DNA of 32,000 bases from Massilicoli timonensis (GTDB lineage Bacteria; Bacillota_I; Bacilli_A; Erysipelotrichales; Erysipelotrichaceae). This document shows positions 7,975-16,762 of this stretch, piece after piece; position 1 is the first letter of the stretch, and the number at the start of each line of letters is the position of its first letter. The notes under the pieces are model-generated. The model was not told the origin of the DNA, did no database searches, and worked only from the letters and a program-made list of their open reading frames with translations. The position numbers were made by a program, and so were the translations under genes. The stretch spans positions 2,058,367 through 2,090,366 of the forward strand of contig NZ_LT963434.1 in the NCBI RefSeq assembly GCF_900199515.1, written 5' to 3'.

Positions 7975-10444
7975 AACGAATGCGCCTCCATTTCGCAAAT
8001 AACAATACGCCTAAGGCGGTAAGGGACAGGATCTGTGCAGGAACTTTCAGTGGCGGCTGAAAATGAATCTTCACACGGTGCGTGCCTTTGTCGATCTGAC
8101 ATCCCACAAAACTGAGATTTACCGTTTCGAGCGGTACCTTCTTGCCATCGATCCAGATCGTATAACCGTCCTGTAACGGCAAAGAAGTGATCAGCCAGCC
8201 GTCCTTCTGCATCGTGATCTTCGCTTCATAAACAGCGTTTGTTTCATCATAAGTTTCATCAGTTACTGCCGTTTTGTTCTGCCACATCGTCTGAAAAAGA
8301 GCAGTCGGCAGTCGATAGGTTCGGATGTCGCTGAGCTGATAGTTGCCCGAGGAGAAAGTGATCTCTAACTGATCGCTTTGATGGGTGTAAAAGGTAAATT
8401 GGGTATGATGATTGGGATAAGTGGCGCCGCTGCCGCTGAGACGGTTACGCATGCCGTTGATCGTTACATCCAGATCGTTATAGTTAGAATGGATCGGTTT
8501 GATCTGCATCGTCATGATCAGGATCTCATCTTGTAAAGGGTCCTGCAATGACAAACGCATCGTCTCTTTTTGACGGCTGTTAATATGCAATGTGTTTTGC
8601 TTGGCGCTGATCCATTTCCCCTGCCGGCTGATTTCCTGCAAGTTCCATGTTTCCTTTGTCGGCTGTATCTGTGTGGTTTCGATCATGTCTTTGTCAGCAG
8701 AAACGACCGGTGTCAGTAAGAGCTGCGCGATCTTGTCAATATCTGACAGTGATGCAAACTGTGTTTGGGAAATGACTTGATCGCTGCCATAAGCAAAGGG
8801 CAGCACGTTTTTATTTTCATATAAGGTCAAAGCACCTTTTTCGGCAATCGGCACATAACCGTAAGGCGGCTTGTTCTCGCTGATCAGATAGCGGGAAGAG
8901 CTGAAAGCCAAAAAGAAGGGATTGCCGTTTTCCAAGGTCGATACACGATTGCGTAAGGAAAGGTTGTTGCGCATGACATCATAATAGAAATGATTGTAGG
9001 ACTGGGCATGGATCGAACTGTAAATAGAAGTTTTGCCAAGCGGTGCCATGCTGAGATTCATCGACTGTGCATTTTCATGGTAGTCGGCGATCTTTGTAAA
9101 AGGTGTATGCGCTAAATCCAGCGATGCGATCCATGCTTTTTTCGCTGCCAGTTCTTTGATCCGCGCATAGGAGATTCGCGGTTCTCCCTGATTCGCCTGT
9201 ACCAAGATGATTGCCATGATCAGCAGATAAGCATAATAGCCCTTTTGTTTGCGATTACCATTAGCCCAAAGAATCACAAAGGCGATCACAAAATCCCAAA
9301 ATGCCCACAGCATGTTTTTTTGATAAACGATCAGCGCACTGATCAAAAGCAAACAGAGCGTTTGCTTGGCAGAAAGCGATTCATGACGATCCAGCCATTT
9401 ACATGTTAATAAGATCAAAAACGGAAGCAGAGGGATGAGCGCTTTCGGGCGGGCATATAAGCCAAGATTCATAAGGTAAAGACAGATCGGTAAAAACAAT
9501 ATGCCCAGCATCACGATCGCCGCAATTCCCTCTCTGCTTTTATATTTTCCTGCCCATAGGAACAGACAGAATCCCATTAGCAGGCCGACCCCCATACAGT
9601 AAGGGGAATAAAGCAGCGCTTCCATCTTTATGTCCGGAGTGAAGAGCGCAGGCAGCGAAAACGCCGCAGATGTCTTTGCTCCGGATGTGAACAACGCATA
9701 GGCGCACGGCATCCAGAAGAAAGCCGATACCAGTACTGCCCCGCTATGCAATAGGATCAAACTTTTCCATAGCTTTTTGGCAGACAGTTGATGCGGATCC
9801 CAGCTCATCATCAGATAGGCGAAGCAGGCAAGCGCCCCACCGACCGTAAAATAAAAACTGGTCAAGATCATCATCGTGATCGCAAACAGATATAGATCGT
9901 ATTTCTGCTTTTGTAATAAGCGATCCGCACCGTAAAAGCCTAGGATGACAAACGGCATGTAAAGCACGAAGATGACCTGTTTGGCGCTGTGATAAAACAT
10001 CGGCGCCGCCAGCAAAAGACAGAGTGCTCCGAAAAACGCGGTTGCCGCTGCGACATGGCGTTTCAGAAAATGATGCAGCAAGATGGCGCTGCTTCCCAGC
10101 GCGCTTAAATGAATGATCGGCAAGATGAGCGACATCGAAAGGAAAGGAAATAAGTAAGATAACAGCACATCATAGCGATATAAGCCATAGTAAGCAAATG
10201 AAAAAACATTTTGTCCGCTGCCAAGATCGCTCATGAAATCCGGAAATAAACGATGTGTTCGGTAAAAGAAAGAACGGAAATCATCGGCAATGGCGATGTG
10301 CTGCGTATACCAGTCAGTCGAGGATCCAAATCCCTCCAACCAGATCAAACAGCCAAGTGCGCATAAAAAGGGAATGGCAAATAAAATGAGATCTTTCCAC
10401 GAACGTTTCCATGCGATTCCCAAAGCATGCGGAAGTCGGCGCAT
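7952..10444 (-). CDS. yfhO: YfhO family polytopic membrane glycosyltransferase
   Basis: 830 aa. The N-terminal ~430 aa are almost entirely TM helices, followed by a large soluble domain and a final TM. Size, architecture and linkage to a CsbB-type GT2 fit YfhO. RBS AAGGAG 8 nt before ATG 10444. Confidence 0.72.
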   Translation of the reverse strand: MRRLPHALGIAWKRSWKDLILFAIPFLCALGCLIWLEGFGSSTDWYTQHIAIADDFRSFFYRTHRLFPDFMSDLGSGQNVFSFAYYGLYRYDVLLSYLFPFLSMSLILPIIHLSALGSSAILLHHFLKRHVAAATAFFGALCLLLAAPMFYHSAKQVIFVLYMPFVILGFYGADRLLQKQKYDLYLFAITMMILTSFYFTVGGALACFAYLMMSWDPHQLSAKKLWKSLILLHSGAVLVSAFFWMPCAYALFTSGAKTSAAFSLPALFTPDIKMEALLYSPYCMGVGLLMGFCLFLWAGKYKSREGIAAIVMLGILFLPICLYLMNLGLYARPKALIPLLPFLILLTCKWLDRHESLSAKQTLCLLLISALIVYQKNMLWAFWDFVIAFVILWANGNRKQKGYYAYLLIMAIILVQANQGEPRISYARIKELAAKKAWIASLDLAHTPFTKIADYHENAQSMNLSMAPLGKTSIYSSIHAQSYNHFYYDVMRNNLSLRNRVSTLENGNPFFLAFSSSRYLISENKPPYGYVPIAEKGALTLYENKNVLPFAYGSDQVISQTQFASLSDIDKIAQLLLTPVVSADKDMIETTQIQPTKETWNLQEISRQGKWISAKQNTLHINSRQKETMRLSLQDPLQDEILIMTMQIKPIHSNYNDLDVTINGMRNRLSGSGATYPNHHTQFTFYTHQSDQLEITFSSGNYQLSDIRTYRLPTALFQTMWQNKTAVTDETYDETNAVYEAKITMQKDGWLITSLPLQDGYTIWIDGKKVPLETVNLSFVGCQIDKGTHRVKIHFQPPLKVPAQILSLTALGVLLFAKWRRIRYEKSTNS

Positions 10445-10590
10445 AGCATCATCTCCTTTTCACACCGTTAGTTTCTCATCTATTTATTAAATTATGCCCT
10501 ATGAAAATCTTAATAATTCTTAAACGCTGATAAAAAGTGAAAAAACTTGTTGTATAATGAGGACAAAGAATAGGAGAAGAGGATGGTCAT

Positions 10591-11280
10591 ATGCAAAATA
10601 AAATATTGGTCGTAGATGATAATCAGGAGATTCGTGAAGTGATCCGCGTATTATTAGGCAGTGAGGGTTATGAGATCATGGAAGCATCTAACGGAAGTGA
10701 TGCCATTGCTTTGGCAAAACAAGCTGATCTGATCATTTTAGATATCATGATGCCGCAGACAGATGGCTTTCAGGCGTGTATCAAGATCCGTGAATTTTCC
10801 AATGCGCCGATCTTATTTTTAAGTGCCAAGGGGCTGGATCAGGACAAAGCATTAGGCTTTTCCAGCGGCGGCGATGATTATTTGACAAAGCCGTTTTCTT
10901 ACAATGAGCTGCTTGCCCGCGTCAAAGCGCTGCTTAGAAGATATCAGGTCTATAAGGGAAAACGAGAAGAAGTCGAAGAACCGGTTTTACAAAGACAGGA
11001 TCTGAAATTAGATACGAATACCCATGTCGTTTATCAAAACGGGAAACTGGTCAATTTGACCGATCTGGAATACCAGATCTTGTACTTGCTGATGAAATAC
11101 CCGCACAAGATCTATTCGATCCAGAATCTGTATGAGAGCATTTGGAAAGAACCGTATTTCTATACGGCCAATAATACCGTAATGGTACATATCCGGAATT
11201 TACGAAAGAAGCTGGAGGTGGACAGTGATGCGCCAAGCTACATCAAAACCGTTTGGGGAAAAGGATATCGCTTTGAATAA
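10591..11280 (+). CDS. OmpR-family response regulator
   Basis: Receiver domain (ILVVDD, DLIILDIMMPQTDG, LSAKG) plus a winged-helix output domain (TVWGKGYRF). Confidence 0.92.
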   Translation: MQNKILVVDDNQEIREVIRVLLGSEGYEIMEASNGSDAIALAKQADLIILDIMMPQTDGFQACIKIREFSNAPILFLSAKGLDQDKALGFSSGGDDYLTKPFSYNELLARVKALLRRYQVYKGKREEVEEPVLQRQDLKLDTNTHVVYQNGKLVNLTDLEYQILYLLMKYPHKIYSIQNLYESIWKEPYFYTANNTVMVHIRNLRKKLEVDSDAPSYIKTVWGKGYRFE

Positions 11281-13198
11281 ACCGCATAAGATGAAGAAAA
11301 GCGCCTTTTTCATCAGAGTTTACTTAGTGCTGCTGATCAGTGTGGTCACCTTCTTTACGCTTTATGCGTATCGCAATGACGTATTGGATTACTGGGTGGA
11401 AAAGAACCGGATCGATCCTTCGCCTACTTTGCAGGAGGTGGAAAACATAAAGAAAGCCTTTTTGCAATATGATCCCGGTCAAGGGGATAAACAGGCAGCG
11501 GAAACGATCATCAGAGAAGAACTCGGATCTGACTATGACTTCATGGTATTGATCGAAGGCACTTGGACCGATACACAATCCGAGGTAGAAGCGGAAGAGT
11601 ACTACAATATGTATGTGCAGTCTTATATTTCACCTATGAGCAGTTATAGAGCAGAGTATGCTTATAGCTTTTCACTGACCTTTGGTAATGACAAGGCAGG
11701 CGAGATCACGCTGTATCCGCTGTTTGGTGAATTCTATGCGATGGCAAGGACGGTCTGTCTGCTTTTGGCGCTGCTTGTCGGCTTGATCATTGCCATAGGA
11801 CTTTATCTGTCACACCGCCATCATTTGGGCAGCCGGATCACGCAGCGGCTTATGAAAAGTCCCGCGTTGAAATGGCTGCATCATCTCTCTGTCAAACTGC
11901 TGGCAGTCAATTTATTTGCGGTGCTGTTGGCAGCTTCCACCTTTTTCTTTTTATATGAGAACCGTTACAGTTTTTTTGAGTTTGTCAATGAAATCGGCTA
12001 TCAAAGGCAGGATGTCGATGCCGTTGCCAAACAGGTACAGACGATGATCGAAGAAAAGCAATACCGTTTTCATGTCGATGAATCATCAGAAAGCGCCAAT
12101 GCGCAGGCGTTAAGCAAAGATATTGCGGCGCTGATACCGGAAGATCTCAATGTTTATCTATATGATGAAAACACGTTTTATTATGCCGGATCGTACCAAA
12201 ACACAGAAACGCGCTTTGTTCGCGGAAGCATGTATAATGTCAATATCGTTGCCAATCCCTGTATCAGGATTTATCCGGCACAGCTGGCAGATGGGATCGG
12301 AGAATTATGGATCATTTATTATCCGTTAGTGGAACTGGTATTGCCATATGTCATCGTGGTTGCAATGATTGCCATTTCTTTATATCTCATCATCAGTTTA
12401 TCTTTTACGCAGAAAAAAGTAACGGAGATCCGTTATATTTATGACGATATCGAAGTATTGTCAAATGGGGATTGGGATCATGAGGTATTTCAGGAATCAA
12501 GCGATGAGATCGGGCAGCTGGGCGATCATCTGAACCATATGCGCATATCCTTTTCTGAGAACATGGAGAAAGAAGCAGAAGCGAAAAGGGCCAATCAGGA
12601 ACTCATCAATGCGATGTCGCATGATCTGCGTACGCCGCTTACTTCGCTCATGGGGTATTTGGAGATCCTGCAGCATGAAAAATATGAGCCGGAGCAGTTA
12701 TCGGAATATTTGCATAAGTGCATGGAGAAATGTGGGCAGTTGAAAGATCGGGCGGATTCTTTGTTTAATTACTTTATGGTGTTTTCCGAAGAACCGCTGG
12801 AATTACAGGAAATCAGTATCTTTCAGTTTATGGAAATCGTGGATAACATGAAAGAGGAATTGGAATTAAACGGTTTTCACATTGCGATGGATGAATTATC
12901 GCAGGATGCACTGGTCGAGATCGACCGCAGACAGATGGAGCGTGTGTTTGACAATGTACGCACCAATCTGATGAAATATGCAAGAAAAGAGGGCGTAGAG
13001 ATCAAACTGTTTTTAGATAAGCGTTTTACGATCATGATCAAAAACAGCTGTAAAAGACAAAGTGAAGCAGAGAGCAACTGCATCGGCTTAAAAAGCATTT
13101 ATAAGATCATGGAGCGGCACCGCGGTAAAATGGAGGCGAAAAAGGAAGGAGAGGAATTTATCCTGTTTCTGCATTTCCCGATCTCGCATATCGCTTAA
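11228..13198 (+). CDS. Sensor histidine kinase with four TM helices and two ~125-aa extracytoplasmic loops
   Basis: H-box SHDLRTPLTSL, N-box region and a GIGLKS G2-like motif. Strong SD GGAGG 11214-11218 supports ATG 11228 (53-nt overlap with the regulator gene). ATG 11291 is the alternative but has a poor SD. Confidence 0.85.
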   Translation: MRQATSKPFGEKDIALNKPHKMKKSAFFIRVYLVLLISVVTFFTLYAYRNDVLDYWVEKNRIDPSPTLQEVENIKKAFLQYDPGQGDKQAAETIIREELGSDYDFMVLIEGTWTDTQSEVEAEEYYNMYVQSYISPMSSYRAEYAYSFSLTFGNDKAGEITLYPLFGEFYAMARTVCLLLALLVGLIIAIGLYLSHRHHLGSRITQRLMKSPALKWLHHLSVKLLAVNLFAVLLAASTFFFLYENRYSFFEFVNEIGYQRQDVDAVAKQVQTMIEEKQYRFHVDESSESANAQALSKDIAALIPEDLNVYLYDENTFYYAGSYQNTETRFVRGSMYNVNIVANPCIRIYPAQLADGIGELWIIYYPLVELVLPYVIVVAMIAISLYLIISLSFTQKKVTEIRYIYDDIEVLSNGDWDHEVFQESSDEIGQLGDHLNHMRISFSENMEKEAEAKRANQELINAMSHDLRTPLTSLMGYLEILQHEKYEPEQLSEYLHKCMEKCGQLKDRADSLFNYFMVFSEEPLELQEISIFQFMEIVDNMKEELELNGFHIAMDELSQDALVEIDRRQMERVFDNVRTNLMKYARKEGVEIKLFLDKRFTIMIKNSCKRQSEAESNCIGLKSIYKIMERHRGKMEAKKEGEEFILFLHFPISHIA

Positions 13199-13387
13199 AG
13201 AGATGGATATCAAAAGAAATGTCAGCAGTCGTGCGGCGTTTCTTTTTTTGCATAGGACATTTGCGGGGAATGGGATTGTATAAAAAAAGATGATTTTGTA
13301 AACGATTACACTTTCTTTTTTTGAAACGTGCTTTTTCAGTTTGATTATATTATAATTACGATATGAGATAGAAAAGGAGAAACCATT

Positions 13388-15025
13388 ATGAATCGTGCTA
13401 TTTATATTACCGGTCATAAAAATCCCGATACTGATTCGATCTGTGCGGCGATCGCTTATGCGCATCTGAAGCAAAGCTGCGGAATTGATGCGATCGCATG
13501 TCGCCTGGGCGAACTGAACACAGAAACGGAATTTGTCCTGAATAAGTTTAAGGCGCCGCTGCCTAAGCTCATTCACAGTGCCCGCTGTAAGCTAAGCGAC
13601 ATCGACATGGATCAGGCAGAACTGGTCAGTCCCGATACGACGATCAAAGAGGCGTGGGATCTGATCATTCGCATCAAGAATAAATCACTGTTTGTCGTGG
13701 ACGAGCAGCAGCGTTTGATCGGTGTCGTTTCGATGTCGAGCTTATCGAATGTGCTGATGAGTGATTTTAAGAACATCCGTGAATTTATGATGAAGACCCC
13801 ACTATCTAATATACAGAAAACATTGAATGCGACCTATATCGTAAAAAGCGATCTGTATAAAAGCAGCGGTTATGTGCATATTTTGGTGTCAGGCGATCTG
13901 GCGGATTGTGAAGATGTCTTTGAAAATTCGATCGTGCTGCTGGGCAATCAGCCGGATATTCAAAAGAAAGCGATCTTGCAGGGGGCAAGCTGTATGATCG
14001 TGATCGGCAATCCGCAGGTAAGCGAGGAAATCATTGATCTGGCAAAAGAACGGGACTGTTCGATCCTCTCTACGCCATATGACGCATTGCAGGCAGCGCG
14101 CTTGATTTATCAGACACCTTCGATCGACAATGTGATGGGTTTAGATGTCATGGTATTCCATGATCGGGAATTTGTCGATGATGTATCGGATAAGATGAGC
14201 AAGACGCGTTTCAGAAGTTATCCGGTGTTGGATGAGCATAAACGGGTCATCGGCGCCGTATCGCGTTTTCATCTGTTCAATTATGAAAAAAAGAAGCTGA
14301 TCTTATTGGATCATAATGAGCGTTCACAGAGCATCAATGATCTGGAAATGGCAGAAGTGCTGGAAATCATCGACCATCACCGCATCGGCGATATTGAAAC
14401 GAGCAATCCGATCAATTTTCGCAACCAGCAGATCGGCAGCACCTGTTCCATTATTGCGACGATGTATAAAGAGCAGGGCATTGAGCCGACACCGACGATC
14501 GCGGGATTATTATGTTGTGCGATCATATCGGATACGATGAATTTTAATTCTCCGACATCAACGGCACTGGATCGCTCGATTGCCGATGATCTGGCACAGC
14601 TTGCGGGCATTGATACGGATGCGCTCGCCAAAGAAATGTATGAATCGGTGGCGACGCTGCGTTTTAAGTCTTTCGGGGAAATTCTTTATAATGATTTTAA
14701 GGAATTTTCCATAGAAGGCACCAGACTGGGGATCGGACAAATCAATCTGTTGGATATTCGTGAACTGGAGATCATCAAGAAAGAGTTTGTCAATTACATG
14801 GAAAAGGTCAATAATGCGAATCAATATGATCTGCTGATGATGGTCTTTACCAATGCGGAAGGCAAGGGCAGCAATCTGGTGTTTGTGGGAAGCAAGGGCT
14901 GGATCATCGATCAGGCATTCAAAGATGCGCAGAAGGAAAAAATGTATTTTGTGGAGAATGTCGTATCGCGTAAAAAACAGCTGATTCCGGCAATCTCAAA
15001 AGTATTGAAGGAAGTATCGCTTTGA
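13388..15025 (+). CDS. CBS-domain-containing family II (DHH) inorganic pyrophosphatase
   Basis: 545 aa. DHH N-terminus ITGHKNPDTDSICAAIAYA, an inserted CBS pair / DRTGG-like region, DHH motif IIDHHRIG and a DHHA2-type C-terminus. RBS AAGGAG. Confidence 0.8.
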   Translation: MNRAIYITGHKNPDTDSICAAIAYAHLKQSCGIDAIACRLGELNTETEFVLNKFKAPLPKLIHSARCKLSDIDMDQAELVSPDTTIKEAWDLIIRIKNKSLFVVDEQQRLIGVVSMSSLSNVLMSDFKNIREFMMKTPLSNIQKTLNATYIVKSDLYKSSGYVHILVSGDLADCEDVFENSIVLLGNQPDIQKKAILQGASCMIVIGNPQVSEEIIDLAKERDCSILSTPYDALQAARLIYQTPSIDNVMGLDVMVFHDREFVDDVSDKMSKTRFRSYPVLDEHKRVIGAVSRFHLFNYEKKKLILLDHNERSQSINDLEMAEVLEIIDHHRIGDIETSNPINFRNQQIGSTCSIIATMYKEQGIEPTPTIAGLLCCAIISDTMNFNSPTSTALDRSIADDLAQLAGIDTDALAKEMYESVATLRFKSFGEILYNDFKEFSIEGTRLGIGQINLLDIRELEIIKKEFVNYMEKVNNANQYDLLMMVFTNAEGKGSNLVFVGSKGWIIDQAFKDAQKEKMYFVENVVSRKKQLIPAISKVLKEVSL

Positions 15026-15040
15026 TAAAGAGGTGATGGG

Positions 15041-15922
15041 ATGCGTGATGAAAAGGAAATGCTGGGACTGATCATTGAAACAGCACGTTTGGATGAACGC
15101 ATCAAAGCGGTATGGATGAATGGGTCTCGTGCCAATCCTCATGCAAAGCGGGATTTGTTTCAAGATTACGACATTGTTTATCTGGTGGAGGAAACAAAGC
15201 CGTTTTATGAAGATGCTTCTTGGATCGATCGTTTCGGCGAGCGGCTTTATGCACAGCGTCCCGATGAAGTGGATCGATGCAATGGTCTGCCGGTGGATTT
15301 TGATCAATGCTATGGCTGGCTGATCCAGCTTGCGGATGGCAATCGCTTAGATCTGCATGTGGTAACAAAGCAGGATCATACGTTTTTAGAGGACGGTATG
15401 TATGTGGTGCTGCTTGATAAAGAGCATCGTTTTGATGAGCGGCATCTGCCAAGTGATGCTTTCTATTATGTGAAAAAGCCGACACAGAAGCAGTTTTGGG
15501 CATGTTGCAATGAGTTTTGGTGGTGCCTGAATAATGTAGCGAAGGGATTGTGGCGAAAGGAAGTCCCTTATGTGCATGATGCGCTGTATCAGGGCAGTCA
15601 TCCACAGCTTATCAGGCTGTTGTACTGGCAGGTCGGATTTGCACATGATTTTCAGGTTTCCTGCGGGAAAAGCGGCAAGTACCTTGAGGACTATCTGGAA
15701 AGGGATGTCTGGAATCGCTTTTTGCATACCTATGCCGGTTTTGAGATAGCAGATCTTTGGCAAGCAGTTTTCTGTATGTGCGATCTGTTTATGGAAACCG
15801 CGCAGGAGCTGGCAAAGCGCTATGGCTATCACTATGATCAAAAAGAAGCCGATGCCGCCTATGCGCATTTACGCCATGTGCATGGACTGCCGGCAGATGC
15901 CAAGGCGATTTACGAGAGATGA
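15041..15922 (+). CDS. Aminoglycoside 6-nucleotidyltransferase, ANT(6)/AadK-like
   Basis: 293 aa. N-terminus MRDEKEMLGLIIETARLDERIKAVWMNGSRANP...FQDYDIVYLV closely resembles my recollection of AadK/AadE streptomycin adenylyltransferases. Starts 15 nt after the PPase stop. Confidence 0.75.
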   Translation: MRDEKEMLGLIIETARLDERIKAVWMNGSRANPHAKRDLFQDYDIVYLVEETKPFYEDASWIDRFGERLYAQRPDEVDRCNGLPVDFDQCYGWLIQLADGNRLDLHVVTKQDHTFLEDGMYVVLLDKEHRFDERHLPSDAFYYVKKPTQKQFWACCNEFWWCLNNVAKGLWRKEVPYVHDALYQGSHPQLIRLLYWQVGFAHDFQVSCGKSGKYLEDYLERDVWNRFLHTYAGFEIADLWQAVFCMCDLFMETAQELAKRYGYHYDQKEADAAYAHLRHVHGLPADAKAIYER

Positions 15923-15930
15923 AATAGTAG

Positions 15931-15955
15931 AAAAAGGGCAAAGCTGCTCTTTTTT
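15931..15955. terminator. Weak A/T-flanked hairpin after the ant(6)-like gene
   Basis: AAAAAGGGC-AAAGCT-GCTCTTTTT, a short stem with one G:U pair. Confidence 0.35.
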
Positions 15956-16014
15956 AATCGCTATATGGTGTGAAAAAGACAGATCAATAAGTCTCTTTTT
16001 CCTGTTGTAAGCGC

Positions 16015-16043
16015 TTGACAATATATATATATATATATATACT
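16015..16043 (+). promoter_or_regulatory. Sigma-A-type promoter whose whole spacer is an (AT)10 tract
   Basis: TTGACA 16015-16020, a 17-nt spacer made only of AT repeats, TATACT 16038-16043. The lipoprotein CDS starts 36 nt downstream. Confidence 0.6.
16021..16040. repeat. Dinucleotide simple-sequence repeat (AT)10
   Basis: Perfect atatatatatatatatatat read directly from the sequence. Confidence 0.98.
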
Positions 16044-16078
16044 GGTATTGAATAAATAAGCGGGAAAGGAAAAGGGAA

Positions 16079-16687
16079 ATGAATACTATGAGAGAAAGCA
16101 AGGCTTTTTATAAAAAAATGATGATGATTTTATTAGTAGGTATGATGGGGGTCGGTGTTGTCGGCTGTGGGAGCAGCGATATAAAAGAAGAAGCACCGAA
16201 AGAAGATAATGTTGAAAAAGAAAAGCAGAATGAGCAAGATAGTATCAAAATCGGCCTAGCTGAGCAAGCGAAATACCTTCCAAATCAAACAATGAATAGT
16301 GAAGCAACAAAAGCACTTACAGCGGGTACACTTATTGATGCAGAGGATCTTACGGAAATGCCGGATGAACTTGTTTTAGAGGAGGCAGAACTGGCGATTG
16401 GATATCGTTATAATACACTTTATAATACAGAGGGATCTAATCCTGTTCCAACTGAAATGATTGATGGAATGCCATGGGAATTAAATGAAGAAGGGCATAC
16501 AATCACAACGACAGATGGAGCTAGAATGGAAGTGATATTTTTGGGCATATCCATTGTTCCAATCGCTGATTATCAAAAGGATAAGAGTACAGAGAAATGG
16601 AATAAAATGATTGATTCTGATGGGTTGCTAGTACCTGCGGGCGAAGTGCTTTCAGAAGAAAAAATCAAAGAATTAGATGCAAAGTAA
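16079..16687 (+). CDS. Lipoprotein of unknown function
   Basis: Signal peptide with lipobox (KKMMMILLVGMMGVGVVGC|GSS), then an acidic low-complexity linker. No family recognised. Confidence 0.75.
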   Translation: MNTMRESKAFYKKMMMILLVGMMGVGVVGCGSSDIKEEAPKEDNVEKEKQNEQDSIKIGLAEQAKYLPNQTMNSEATKALTAGTLIDAEDLTEMPDELVLEEAELAIGYRYNTLYNTEGSNPVPTEMIDGMPWELNEEGHTITTTDGARMEVIFLGISIVPIADYQKDKSTEKWNKMIDSDGLLVPAGEVLSEEKIKELDAK

Positions 16688-16730
16688 CAGGATCGTAATC
16701 AAGCATTTTTGAAAATGAACAGGAAAGATG

Positions 16731-16762
16731 AAAAAAACTTCGGAATGACCCGAAGTTTTTTT
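16731..16762. terminator. Bidirectional intrinsic terminator
   Basis: AAAAAAACTTCGG-AATGAC-CCGAAGTTTTTTT between convergent genes. The T-run abuts the ABC gene stop at 16761-16763. Confidence 0.8.

Noticed and set aside
9315-9321. Homopolymer T7/A7 runs inside CDSs (this one in yfhO; similar runs elsewhere) as phase-variation sites
   Set aside because: Seven-nucleotide A/T runs are common in a genome of this composition and are too short to argue for programmed slippage without population data.
11291-11293. Alternative histidine-kinase start at ATG 11291 (MKKSAFF...)
   Set aside because: No SD precedes it, whereas GGAGG 11214-11218 sits 9 nt before ATG 11228. I keep it as an alternative only, and the N-terminus should be verified.
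13199-13260. Possible terminator after the histidine kinase gene (AGAAATG...CGTTTCT + T7)
   Set aside because: The stem is short, A/T-rich and mismatched with a 15-nt loop, so I could not support it as a feature.
13088-13576. 162-aa minus-strand ORF
   Set aside because: It spans the kinase 3' end, an A/T-rich intergenic region and the pyrophosphatase 5' end. It has a low-complexity translation and no SD, so it is a shadow ORF.
15102-15868. Two long antisense ORFs (167 and 160 aa) inside the ant(6)-like gene
   Set aside because: They lie opposite a CDS with clear family similarity and their translations are compositionally odd (His/Pro/Ala-rich), so they are shadow ORFs.
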